Below, piece after piece: positions 28,584 to 36,306 of a stretch of DNA of 64,000 bases. The translations under genes were made by a program, and so were the position numbers. This DNA is from Candidatus Uhrbacteria bacterium (lineage in GTDB: Bacteria > Patescibacteriota > Patescibacteriia > UBA9934), in assembly GCA_943354605.1 (NCBI GenBank), contig CALRCK010000002.1:135186-199185 (forward strand), given 5' to 3'. The notes beneath the pieces are model-generated. The model was not told the DNA's origin. It was given only the letters and a program-made list of their open reading frames with translations, and made no database searches. Numbering within the stretch: the stretch's first letter is position 1; every line of letters starts with the position of its first letter.

Positions 28584-28699
28584 GTTTTCTGTTTGCGACG
28601 AGTTTCGATGCGCGGCGAGCGAAGCTTCCGAGACGTACTTCTCGGTACGTTGAGGAAGTTCGCGATGGCGCAAGTCGAAAATCGGCCAAACAGGAAAGC
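28584..28699 (+). repeat. Structured long-hairpin element, family A, copy 2 (rpsG-fusA spacer)
   Basis: TTTG CGA CGA GTTTCGA TG...CTTCC GAG ACGTAC ttctcg GTACGT TGA GGAAG...AGTCGAAA A TCG GC CAAA. Confidence 0.9.
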
Positions 28700-28702
28700 C
28701 GT

Positions 28703-29170
28703 CTATCGGGCCAAGTGAGCGAACGCACGGTTAGCCTCAGCCATACGCTGCACATCGAGTTTCTTCTTCACTGCATCGCCTTCGTTCTTGCTTGCTGCAA
28801 TCAATTCTTCCGCAAGCTTCTCGCACATTGGGCGACCCTTCTTTCCGCGAGCCGCCACGAGAATCCAGCGATACGCCAACGCATACCGACGATCGCCACG
28901 CACTGGCATTGGCACCTGGTAGTTTGCACCACCAACGCGCTTCGATTTTACCTCAACTGCTGGAGTGACGTTCTTGATTGCGGTGTCGAAGACTTCCAAT
29001 GGATCTGCCTTTGTTTCTTCCGCAATAATGTCGAATGCATCGTACACAATGCCGCGAGCGATGCTCTTCTTTCCACTTTCCATGACGTAATTGACTAACT
29101 TGGCAACCAAAACGCTCCCGTATTTTGCATCAGGAGCGAGATTGCGCTTTGGAGCGGCTTTACCACGCAT
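28703..29170 (-). CDS. rpsG: 30S ribosomal protein S7
   Basis: [10 protein letters not shown] and [10 protein letters not shown] motifs. Confidence 0.98.
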   Translation of the reverse strand: MRGKAAPKRNLAPDAKYGSVLVAKLVNYVMESGKKSIARGIVYDAFDIIAEETKADPLEVFDTAIKNVTPAVEVKSKRVGGANYQVPMPVRGDRRYALAYRWILVAARGKKGRPMCEKLAEELIAASKNEGDAVKKKLDVQRMAEANRAFAHLAR

Positions 29171-29258
29171 ATTATATTTCTTTTGGCGACACCGTTTTGC
29201 TTCCCACGTGGATGTGGTACTCGGCATCTTTGATTAAATTGGACCGAACTGAAGTGAC

Positions 29259-29382
29259 GAGGCTTTTGCATTTGAGCCTAGTTTCGATGCAGGACGAGCA
29301 AAGGTCGCGAGGCGTACTTCATGTGTACGTTGAGCGACTTTGCGATGTCCTAAGTCGAAAATAGGCCAAATGCAAAAGTCTC
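29259..29382 (+). repeat. Structured long-hairpin element, family A, copy 3 (rpsL-rpsG spacer)
   Basis: GTCGC GAG GCGTAC ttcatgt GTACGT TGA GCGAC core with a 16-bp outer stem. Confidence 0.9.
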
Positions 29383-29384
29383 AA

Positions 29385-29822
29385 TTATTTCTTTTTTACG
29401 GCGCCTTTCTTTGGGCGCTTGGTTCCGTACACCGAACGGCTGCGGTTGCGACCTTCAACGCCGGAAGCGTCGTACCGACCGCGGACGATGTGGTAGCGAA
29501 CACCTGGCAAGTCCTTCACACGTCCGCCACGGATCATGACGATAGAGTGCTCCTGAAGGTTGTGACCTTCACCTGGAATATATGCGGTGACTTCCGTACC
29601 GTTCGAAAGACGGACACGAGCCACTTTACGCAAAGCCGAGTTTGGCTTTTTTGGAGTCATGGTAGTGACCTTCACACAAACGCCACGCTTGAATGGTGCG
29701 CCCTTGCGAAGGATGGTTTTCTTGCGGTGCAAGGAATCCAACGTGTACTGCATCGCAGGCGAAGCACTCTTGTTCTTCGCTTTTGTGCGACCCTTTCGGA
29801 GAAGTTGATTGATTGTTGGCAT
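29385..29822 (-). CDS. rpsL: 30S ribosomal protein S12
   Basis: [11 protein letters not shown] and [10 protein letters not shown] motifs. Confidence 0.99.
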   Translation of the reverse strand: MPTINQLLRKGRTKAKNKSASPAMQYTLDSLHRKKTILRKGAPFKRGVCVKVTTMTPKKPNSALRKVARVRLSNGTEVTAYIPGEGHNLQEHSIVMIRGGRVKDLPGVRYHIVRGRYDASGVEGRNRSRSVYGTKRPKKGAVKKK

Positions 29823-29979
29823 AGTTCAGCGCCTTCTCACATCGAGAACGCCCTATTTAAAAGTGACAAAAGCCTACCACAAGCCAAAAAATGGGTCAAC
29901 GAAATCGCCTGGACAACGCCGGGAATCTTTGACAAAACCCCCTTCCGCCCACAGAATCCTCAGCACACAGGAGTTTCTC

Positions 29980-30411
29980 ATGCCCGATCATAACCCCGTT
30001 CACGTCGCCGTCGAAACCATGATGGCGGCCCAAAAGCTCTCCCAGAGCGCTGTCGCACAAAAAACCGGCATCCATCGGAACTTCATCATCGATATCCTCA
30101 GGGGGAAGGTTCCGAGGGTACGCGATGGCGCGAAGTTCGCCGACGAGGACCCGCGCTATGCCAAGCTCGCAGCCGGCCTCGGCCTGGATGTCGCGCCATT
30201 CGTGGCAATGGCCAAACGCGAACAACAACGCCGTGCCCGGGCGACGCCAGAAAGCGAAGAATCTCGGGAAACGGGAGTGAAGCGAACACGGACGGGCGGG
30301 ATCTCGGTGCATATCTCCGGTTCAACACTCGAGTTGACAAACGTCGTCCTCGCCTTCGATATCCCCGAGGGCCGGGTGACGATCAGCATCCAGCCTCATC
30401 CGAAGCCATGA
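29980..30411 (+). CDS. Helix-turn-helix (XRE-like) domain protein, GC-rich orphan
   Basis: LSQSAVAQKTGIHRNFIIDILRG helix-turn-helix; SD AGGAG. Confidence 0.75.
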   Translation: MPDHNPVHVAVETMMAAQKLSQSAVAQKTGIHRNFIIDILRGKVPRVRDGAKFADEDPRYAKLAAGLGLDVAPFVAMAKREQQRRARATPESEESRETGVKRTRTGGISVHISGSTLELTNVVLAFDIPEGRVTISIQPHPKP

Positions 30412-30469
30412 CCCCACGCAGCCGCCAACCGATCGCTCACAGAGAGCCGTCGCAAGGCGGCTTTTCTGT

Positions 30470-30503
30470 TTCAACCCTTAGGGTTGGTCAACGCTAAGGG
30501 TTG
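30470..30503. repeat. Family E double palindrome
   Basis: Identical over 34 nt to the copy at 24158. Confidence 0.8.
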
Positions 30504-30509
30504 GCCGAC

Positions 30510-31190
30510 CTACCCTCCAAAATACATCCCCAATAATCCCCCGCAAGAGGATCCGATCAGGTGGTCGCAGCCGAGGAAGGATGCGATTTGGATGAAATAG
30601 AATGGATCATATGGCGTCATGAGGGCGATCATGACGAGAACGAGCATGATGCGGGAACCATTGATTTGTAACCAGCGCGCGATCCATTCGTAGCCAGTTC
30701 GATAGGTGATGACGTCCACGAGCTTCGATCCGTCGAGGGGATGCACCGGAATCAGGTTGAACACCAAAAGTAAAAGATTCACCAATACGGACAACACAAG
30801 GAACGCGCCAAGCATCGTATCCATGCGAACAATCTCAGTTTCAAGGAAAATTCGGAACAGCATCGCAGCAATCGTAGCCATGATAAGGTTCGCGATTGGA
30901 CCAGCAAGCGCGATCAACAATCCATCCTTCAGGGGCGACTTCAAATTTCGCGGATCAAACGGCACTGGTTTTGCCCAACCGAATCCGATGGTGACGAGCA
31001 TCAGAAACCCAAGTGGGTCGATATGCGACAACGGGTTGAGCGAAAGTCTGCCGAATTTTTCCGCCGTATCGTCACCCCGCCACTTCCCCACAATGGCATG
31101 CGCAAACTCGTGCACCGTTAACGCAATAATCAGCGCCGTCAACCAGACGAACGCGAGCATTGGAGTAGTGAAAAAAAGTTGTAACAACAT
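30510..31190 (-). CDS. Site-2 protease family (M50) metalloprotease
   Basis: HEFAH, GWAKPVP, AGPIAN and NLIPVHPLDG motifs. Confidence 0.93.
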   Translation of the reverse strand: MLLQLFFTTPMLAFVWLTALIIALTVHEFAHAIVGKWRGDDTAEKFGRLSLNPLSHIDPLGFLMLVTIGFGWAKPVPFDPRNLKSPLKDGLLIALAGPIANLIMATIAAMLFRIFLETEIVRMDTMLGAFLVLSVLVNLLLLVFNLIPVHPLDGSKLVDVITYRTGYEWIARWLQINGSRIMLVLVMIALMTPYDPFYFIQIASFLGCDHLIGSSCGGLLGMYFGG

Positions 31191-31196
31191 ATATTT

Positions 31197-31222
31197 GTAG
31201 AGACGACCCGGCGAGTCGTCTC
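31197..31222 (+). repeat. GTAG-tagged REP-like hairpin, family G
   Basis: GTAGAGACGACCCGGCGAGTCGTCTC. Confidence 0.7.
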
Positions 31223-31235
31223 AAAATCACATCAA

Positions 31236-32531
31236 TCACGACGCAGTCACATTCGCACCGACCGCCTTCAGCTTCCCGTAAAGATCTTCATATCCACGCT
31301 CGAGATGTTCAAATCCGCTGAGCGTCGATTCGCCGTCGGCGACCAATGCGGCAATCACGCACGCCAATCCGGCGCGAATATCGAGGAGCTCCGTGGTGAC
31401 TCCGTGGAGCGGCGTCGGACCTTTAATAATCGCGGAGTGCTTGTGGTTGTGATCCTTAAAGCGACACGCAACCTCGCCAAGACACGTATCGAACAACGTG
31501 ATATCTGCGCCCATCTCTTTCAACACATCGGTATACCCGAATCGCTCCTCGTACACGGTTTCGTGAATCACCGATGTTCCTTCGGCCTGCGTCATCGCCA
31601 CAAGGAACGGTTGCTGCCAATCAGTCATAAAGCCCGGATGGGTATCGGTTTCAATCTGAATTCCTTTGTACTTCGCAGCTCCTTTGAAAAGAATTCCGTT
31701 CTCGCGAACTTCGTAGTCGCCGCCAATGAGACGAACCGCATTCAAAAACGTCACCATGTCGCGATGCACGGCACCTTCGCAAAAAATCTCACCACGTGTC
31801 GCCAGCGCCATACTCGCAAAGCTCGCAGCCTCCATTCTGTCTGCAACCACAGTGTGCTCGCAGCCATGAAGCTTCTCTACGCCAATAATTTCGATGTGAC
31901 GACCAGCGCCAAGCTCGATGATGGCGCCCATCTTTTGGAGCATCATAATGAGCTCAATAATCTCTGGTTCGATCGCGGCATTCTTAATGACGGTTCGGCC
32001 CTTTGCGAGCACGCCAGCAAACAGTGCGGTCTCCGTGGAACCGACCGACGGATACGGTAAATCGATCACCGCACCTTTCAATCCATTCGGCGCTTTGGCG
32101 TGATAGCCCTCAGCATCAATTTCGATGATGGCGCCCATGGCCTCAAGCGTATCGATATGAAAATTCACCGGACGTGGACCGATCTTGTCTCCCCCAAGTG
32201 AGGGCACAAATGCCTCGCCAGTGCGATGAAGCAAGGGGGCAAGCGCCAAAATCGACAGACGATTCTTCCGCGACAACGACATCGCCGACGACGACGCGAT
32301 CGTTGCAACACGAATCTTCAGCGTGTGATCAACGAGATCGGTTGTCGCACCGAGCGTCGTCACCAACTCACGCGCGATCTCCGACTCCTTCTGCAGTGGA
32401 ATATTGTGTAACATCACCTCCCCATCCGTTAACACACTCGCAATAATCATTTTTGATGCCGCATTTTTTGCCCCCGCAATCTTCACCGATCCTTTCAAAG
32501 GCTTCCCACCAACAATTTTCATCATGTTCAT
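31236..32531 (-). CDS. murA: UDP-N-acetylglucosamine 1-carboxyvinyltransferase (Asp-type active-site loop)
   Basis: GAKNA, LGGDKIGPRPVNFH, PGFMTDWQ, DIRAG and RGYE motifs. Confidence 0.95.
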   Translation of the reverse strand: MNMMKIVGGKPLKGSVKIAGAKNAASKMIIASVLTDGEVMLHNIPLQKESEIARELVTTLGATTDLVDHTLKIRVATIASSSAMSLSRKNRLSILALAPLLHRTGEAFVPSLGGDKIGPRPVNFHIDTLEAMGAIIEIDAEGYHAKAPNGLKGAVIDLPYPSVGSTETALFAGVLAKGRTVIKNAAIEPEIIELIMMLQKMGAIIELGAGRHIEIIGVEKLHGCEHTVVADRMEAASFASMALATRGEIFCEGAVHRDMVTFLNAVRLIGGDYEVRENGILFKGAAKYKGIQIETDTHPGFMTDWQQPFLVAMTQAEGTSVIHETVYEERFGYTDVLKEMGADITLFDTCLGEVACRFKDHNHKHSAIIKGPTPLHGVTTELLDIRAGLACVIAALVADGESTLSGFEHLERGYEDLYGKLKAVGANVTAS

Positions 32532-32578
32532 AGATGAAAGAAGTGTAAAGCGAAAAGTAAAAAGTTGAAAGTCAAACA

Positions 32579-32607
32579 CAAAACCGCTCCTGCACGGAGC
32601 GGTTTTG
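32579..32607. terminator. Terminator after ndk
   Basis: CAAAACCGCTCC-TGCAC-GGAGCGGTTTTG. Confidence 0.75.
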
Positions 32608-32615
32608 ATGTGGAA

Positions 32616-33083
32616 CTAGACTCCTTCACCAAAGTGGAAACGATCGGTAAGCTTTTCGTACGTGAAGAGCTCCTCATCCTTGAAGAAGCGCTTAATTTCG
32701 ACAGCAGACGCCTCAAGAGAATCCGATGCGTGCACCATGTTACTTGGCATGTTCATGGAGAGGTCTGCGCGGATGGTTCCGGCGTCGGCCTTCCGTGGGT
32801 TTGTTGCGCCAACAACCTTGCGAACCTCCTCAATAATCTCGATGCCTTCGTACACGATTGCGACCACCGGGGTTGAACGCATGTACTGTACCAATGACGG
32901 GAAGAATGGCTTATCCTTGATGTGGTTGTAGTGCTCAGTGAGCGTCACTTCGTCCAAGTGCGCCATCTTCATGGCCACCATTTTCAAGCCCTTTCGCTCA
33001 AAACGGGAAAGAATTTCGCCAACAAGCTCGCGTTGCAATGCATCTGGCTTAATGAGCACCAGCGTTCGCTGAATATCTGCCAT
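32616..33083 (-). CDS. ndk: Nucleoside-diphosphate kinase
   Basis: RTLVLIKPDA, GTIRAD and NMVHASDS motifs. Confidence 0.97.
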   Translation of the reverse strand: MADIQRTLVLIKPDALQRELVGEILSRFERKGLKMVAMKMAHLDEVTLTEHYNHIKDKPFFPSLVQYMRSTPVVAIVYEGIEIIEEVRKVVGATNPRKADAGTIRADLSMNMPSNMVHASDSLEASAVEIKRFFKDEELFTYEKLTDRFHFGEGV

Positions 33084-33188
33084 AGAATTTGGGCTAAGAT
33101 TTGCGGAGAGTGTACGGGAAAGTTCAAAAACAGGCAAGAACGAACAGAAGACCCGCCGCGCGTAGCGACAGGTCTCCCGGGCGTCGTG

Positions 33189-33836
33189 TCATGAACCGAC
33201 AACGGTGAGCGGAACAACGTGATACCTGGCCACGAAGGCGCGAAGGGCCGCGAGAGCAGGCCGGCCCACAGCGCTCACATGCTTCGTCTCTGCCGCGATC
33301 TCCCTGCACGACTGAACGAATTCAGAGAACGAGCTCTCGCGAATGCTCGAGTTGGGGATGGACGCGATCGCTGCGGCAGCGAAATCGAACCGACCGATGC
33401 GAAGGAAGTAATTCTTCCACAGCACCGCAACCTCCGCACGCTGTTCGTGGCCACCAAGTTGGTACCGCGGGTTAGCCATGAGCATGCCCATCGCGGAGAG
33501 ATGACTCTCAACCTCGGCGCGCTCTTCGGCAGAGGCTGCGCCAAGAAATCCGACGATTGCTGCACGAGTATGGAACACCATTGCCGCAGTCTTCCGTACA
33601 TCCGCTCCCCCATCACGACTTCCGTCACGCTCCAGCCGTGCGAGACGGTCGATGAAGATATCGAGAATCTGCAGATTGGAGGCCAGCCCTGGCATCTCGA
33701 AATCCTGGAGGAAGTTCGACATCCGAACGAACTCCTGAACTTCTGCCGGCGTCAGTTGCAAACGCCGCATATGCCAGTGCACACGCGCCAACCAGAGAAC
33801 AGAACACAGCAGCATCAGACCAGCGAAGAATGTCAT
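33189..33836 (-). CDS. Hypothetical protein with an N-terminal TM helix, GC-rich orphan
   Basis: ORF with an SD-like GGGGG and a GC-rich 3' hairpin. Confidence 0.65.
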   Translation of the reverse strand: MTFFAGLMLLCSVLWLARVHWHMRRLQLTPAEVQEFVRMSNFLQDFEMPGLASNLQILDIFIDRLARLERDGSRDGGADVRKTAAMVFHTRAAIVGFLGAASAEERAEVESHLSAMGMLMANPRYQLGGHEQRAEVAVLWKNYFLRIGRFDFAAAAIASIPNSSIRESSFSEFVQSCREIAAETKHVSAVGRPALAALRAFVARYHVVPLTVVGS

Positions 33837-33902
33837 TGGGAACCCCCAGAAGTGATGGTATTGCCTTGAGCAACGTATCAAAAATCTTAAAAACTGTAAA
33901 AA

Positions 33903-36257
33903 TTACTGGTGTATCTCAACAACAGAATCCGTCACGGCAACACAAATATCGCCCATCTGATCCGTGCGGAAGATCTTTGCCCCGACCGATTCCAATCGAC
34001 CGATCGTAAACGGACTTGGATGGCCGTAATGGTTATCGGCTCCCACCGAAATAATCGCGTATTCCGGCTTCAGCATTTCCAGAAAATCGAGACTCGACGA
34101 CGTGTCGCTGCCGTGGTGGCCAACCTTGAGGACGTCGACGTGACCGATGTCGCCGAGTTGTGCCTCGACCTCGGCTTCTGCATCGCCAGTAAAGAGCATT
34201 TTCTTTTCGCCAACGGTGAGAAGCGCGACAACAGATCGAGCATGGACGTTCTCAGCGGTGAGGTCGGTGGTGGCGTCGGGAGGCCAGAGCATGCTCAACG
34301 TCGAGTCCGAACCGAGCAACCAAGATTGCTTCGCTGCGCTCGCAATGACGGAATTCGATTCCGATTTCGCAGAATCGAACGCCTCGGCCGAAGCCGCGGA
34401 GTACGCCATGCCGTTGTCCACGATCTCATTAACGGAATGTGTTGCGATGAGATCAATGAGTCCGTTGATGTGATCGGCGTGCGGATGCGTGGCAATAATC
34501 GCATCGAGGTGCCGCTCCCATGGAAATCGCACCGTCGAAAGTTTCTCCACCATACCAAAACGCGTTGGCCCGCCGTCGATGACGATGTCGCGATCCGCGC
34601 CGTCCAAATAGATGCCGTCGCCTTGTCCAACGTCAAACACCCACACATGAACACCGTTCGTGTTCCATCGTTCGCCGTGAATTCCGATGATGCCGATGTT
34701 TACGATGAATAACAGGATGAAGGCACCAACCATGAATCGAATATGTTCCCAATGCCAGGAATCGAGGCTGCGTTCGAATGCTGGATGAAGCTTGCGAATC
34801 ATCGATGCGGCGGTGGCTAGTCCGATCATTGAAACAATCACTGCGATCGATGGCGGAATCGGCACAGAGGCAAATGGGATTCGGGCAAAAGCTCCGATAA
34901 TGCCAGTCATCGAAACCAAAGCAGTCCATGCGGGAAGCGCGACCCAGACTCCGATCTGCGGAATGATCGACGAGACCAGAATCGATCCCGCACCAAATGC
35001 CATAGCAAACGGAATAAACGGCAGCACGAGCATGTTCACGAATGGCGCGACAACGGAGAGCGAGCCGAATGAAACAAGTGTAATCGGAAGAGTTGAGATC
35101 GTTGCAGCAAGCGTTGACGCGAGTGACTCACGAACGCCGAACGATGATGGAATCCTTTTCAAGAACGGAGCAATCCGATCGGTGAGCACAATCAAGCCGA
35201 TTGTCGCAGCAACCGAAAGCTGAAACCCAACATCATCTCGCAACAATCGTGGTTCGACGAGAAGCATGACGGCAACGGTGAGCGCGATGATATTTCGCGG
35301 CGACGTGTGGCGGCCAATATGTCGTGATGTCAGCGCAAGAACACCCATCACTCCAGCACGAATTACCGCAGCACCGGCGCCGGCGATGATGACGAATCCG
35401 CCGATCATCAACACGATGATTGGAAACGCTTGTCGTCGATACAATCCCAGCGTCACGAGAAGAATCAACGCGAGGTCGGCAACAACGGCCACGTTGTATC
35501 CGCTTGCCGCAACAATGTGACTCGTCCCCGTCTCACGAAACGCCGTCTTCCACGTTTCCGAAAACGAATTCTCCCCCATCAATAAACCGAGGAGAAGCGT
35601 TGCCTGTGGCTCCGGAAGCATTGATCGAACGCGTTGGTCGATTAACTCGTGAATCGCACCGATCGTCATGTAAAATTCGTCGCCAATCGACGGCCCAGCT
35701 GGCGCAAACGTAAATGGTGCGCTTGATACTCGACAAATCGCGTAAATCGATTTCGCCGCAAGGAACCGATCGTATGCAAAGCCATCGAACGGCTGCGGCT
35801 CCTCCAAAACACATGACGCGCGGATTCTTTCACCGATCTTCCCCACCGACGATATCGGTGCGTCGATAAGAATGCGATCGGATCTTGCCGGATTCGATGG
35901 CGCCTCAATCGATAGCAGATCGACCGTATACGTCACGCCGTCATCTTTCAGATCGGCGCCGATGATACGGCCCTCAACCACAACAATCTTCCCCACCTCG
36001 TTCGCAATCGAATTCGTCCCAGGCCCAACGCTCCAATATCGTCCAACACCGATGAGGATCCCAGTCGCGAACATGCCAACCAAAAGCGCCCGATCCCTTT
36101 GCGGAATCGAACGCGTCAACCAAAACACTATTCCAAGGAATCCAATCGCGGCGATCACGATCGGCGCAATTGGCAACCAGGACGCGAAAGCAATTCCCAC
36201 GCCAATCCCAACACAAACAAGAAACAGGATCAAACTTAGCGACGATCCGATCTTCAT
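33903..36257 (-). CDS. comEC: DNA uptake channel ComEC/Rec2 with a C-terminal MBL domain
   Basis: HIVAASGYN, GFQLS, DVGQGD, THPHADHING, KVGHHGS and YGHP motifs. Confidence 0.95.
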   Translation of the reverse strand: MKIGSSLSLILFLVCVGIGVGIAFASWLPIAPIVIAAIGFLGIVFWLTRSIPQRDRALLVGMFATGILIGVGRYWSVGPGTNSIANEVGKIVVVEGRIIGADLKDDGVTYTVDLLSIEAPSNPARSDRILIDAPISSVGKIGERIRASCVLEEPQPFDGFAYDRFLAAKSIYAICRVSSAPFTFAPAGPSIGDEFYMTIGAIHELIDQRVRSMLPEPQATLLLGLLMGENSFSETWKTAFRETGTSHIVAASGYNVAVVADLALILLVTLGLYRRQAFPIIVLMIGGFVIIAGAGAAVIRAGVMGVLALTSRHIGRHTSPRNIIALTVAVMLLVEPRLLRDDVGFQLSVAATIGLIVLTDRIAPFLKRIPSSFGVRESLASTLAATISTLPITLVSFGSLSVVAPFVNMLVLPFIPFAMAFGAGSILVSSIIPQIGVWVALPAWTALVSMTGIIGAFARIPFASVPIPPSIAVIVSMIGLATAASMIRKLHPAFERSLDSWHWEHIRFMVGAFILLFIVNIGIIGIHGERWNTNGVHVWVFDVGQGDGIYLDGADRDIVIDGGPTRFGMVEKLSTVRFPWERHLDAIIATHPHADHINGLIDLIATHSVNEIVDNGMAYSAASAEAFDSAKSESNSVIASAAKQSWLLGSDSTLSMLWPPDATTDLTAENVHARSVVALLTVGEKKMLFTGDAEAEVEAQLGDIGHVDVLKVGHHGSDTSSSLDFLEMLKPEYAIISVGADNHYGHPSPFTIGRLESVGAKIFRTDQMGDICVAVTDSVVEIHQ

Positions 36258-36259
36258 AA

Positions 36260-36306
36260 GACTAACTTAGTTTGTCGCGAACTAAGTTAGTCACAAACTT
36301 AGTTCG
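36260..36306. repeat. Family F 16-bp-period array, copy 4
   Basis: Cores at 36266, 36282 and 36298; the third unit overlaps the leuS stop codon. Confidence 0.8.

Noticed and set aside
28546-28755. Apparent N-terminal extensions of EF-G, the ABC exporter (to 45418), ScpA, RuvX and MurA in the ORF track
   Set aside because: The extensions run through intergenic repeats; the similar peptides in fusA and the ABC ORF (SSTYREVRL / SSTYQEVRL) are translations of family A. Better starts lie downstream.
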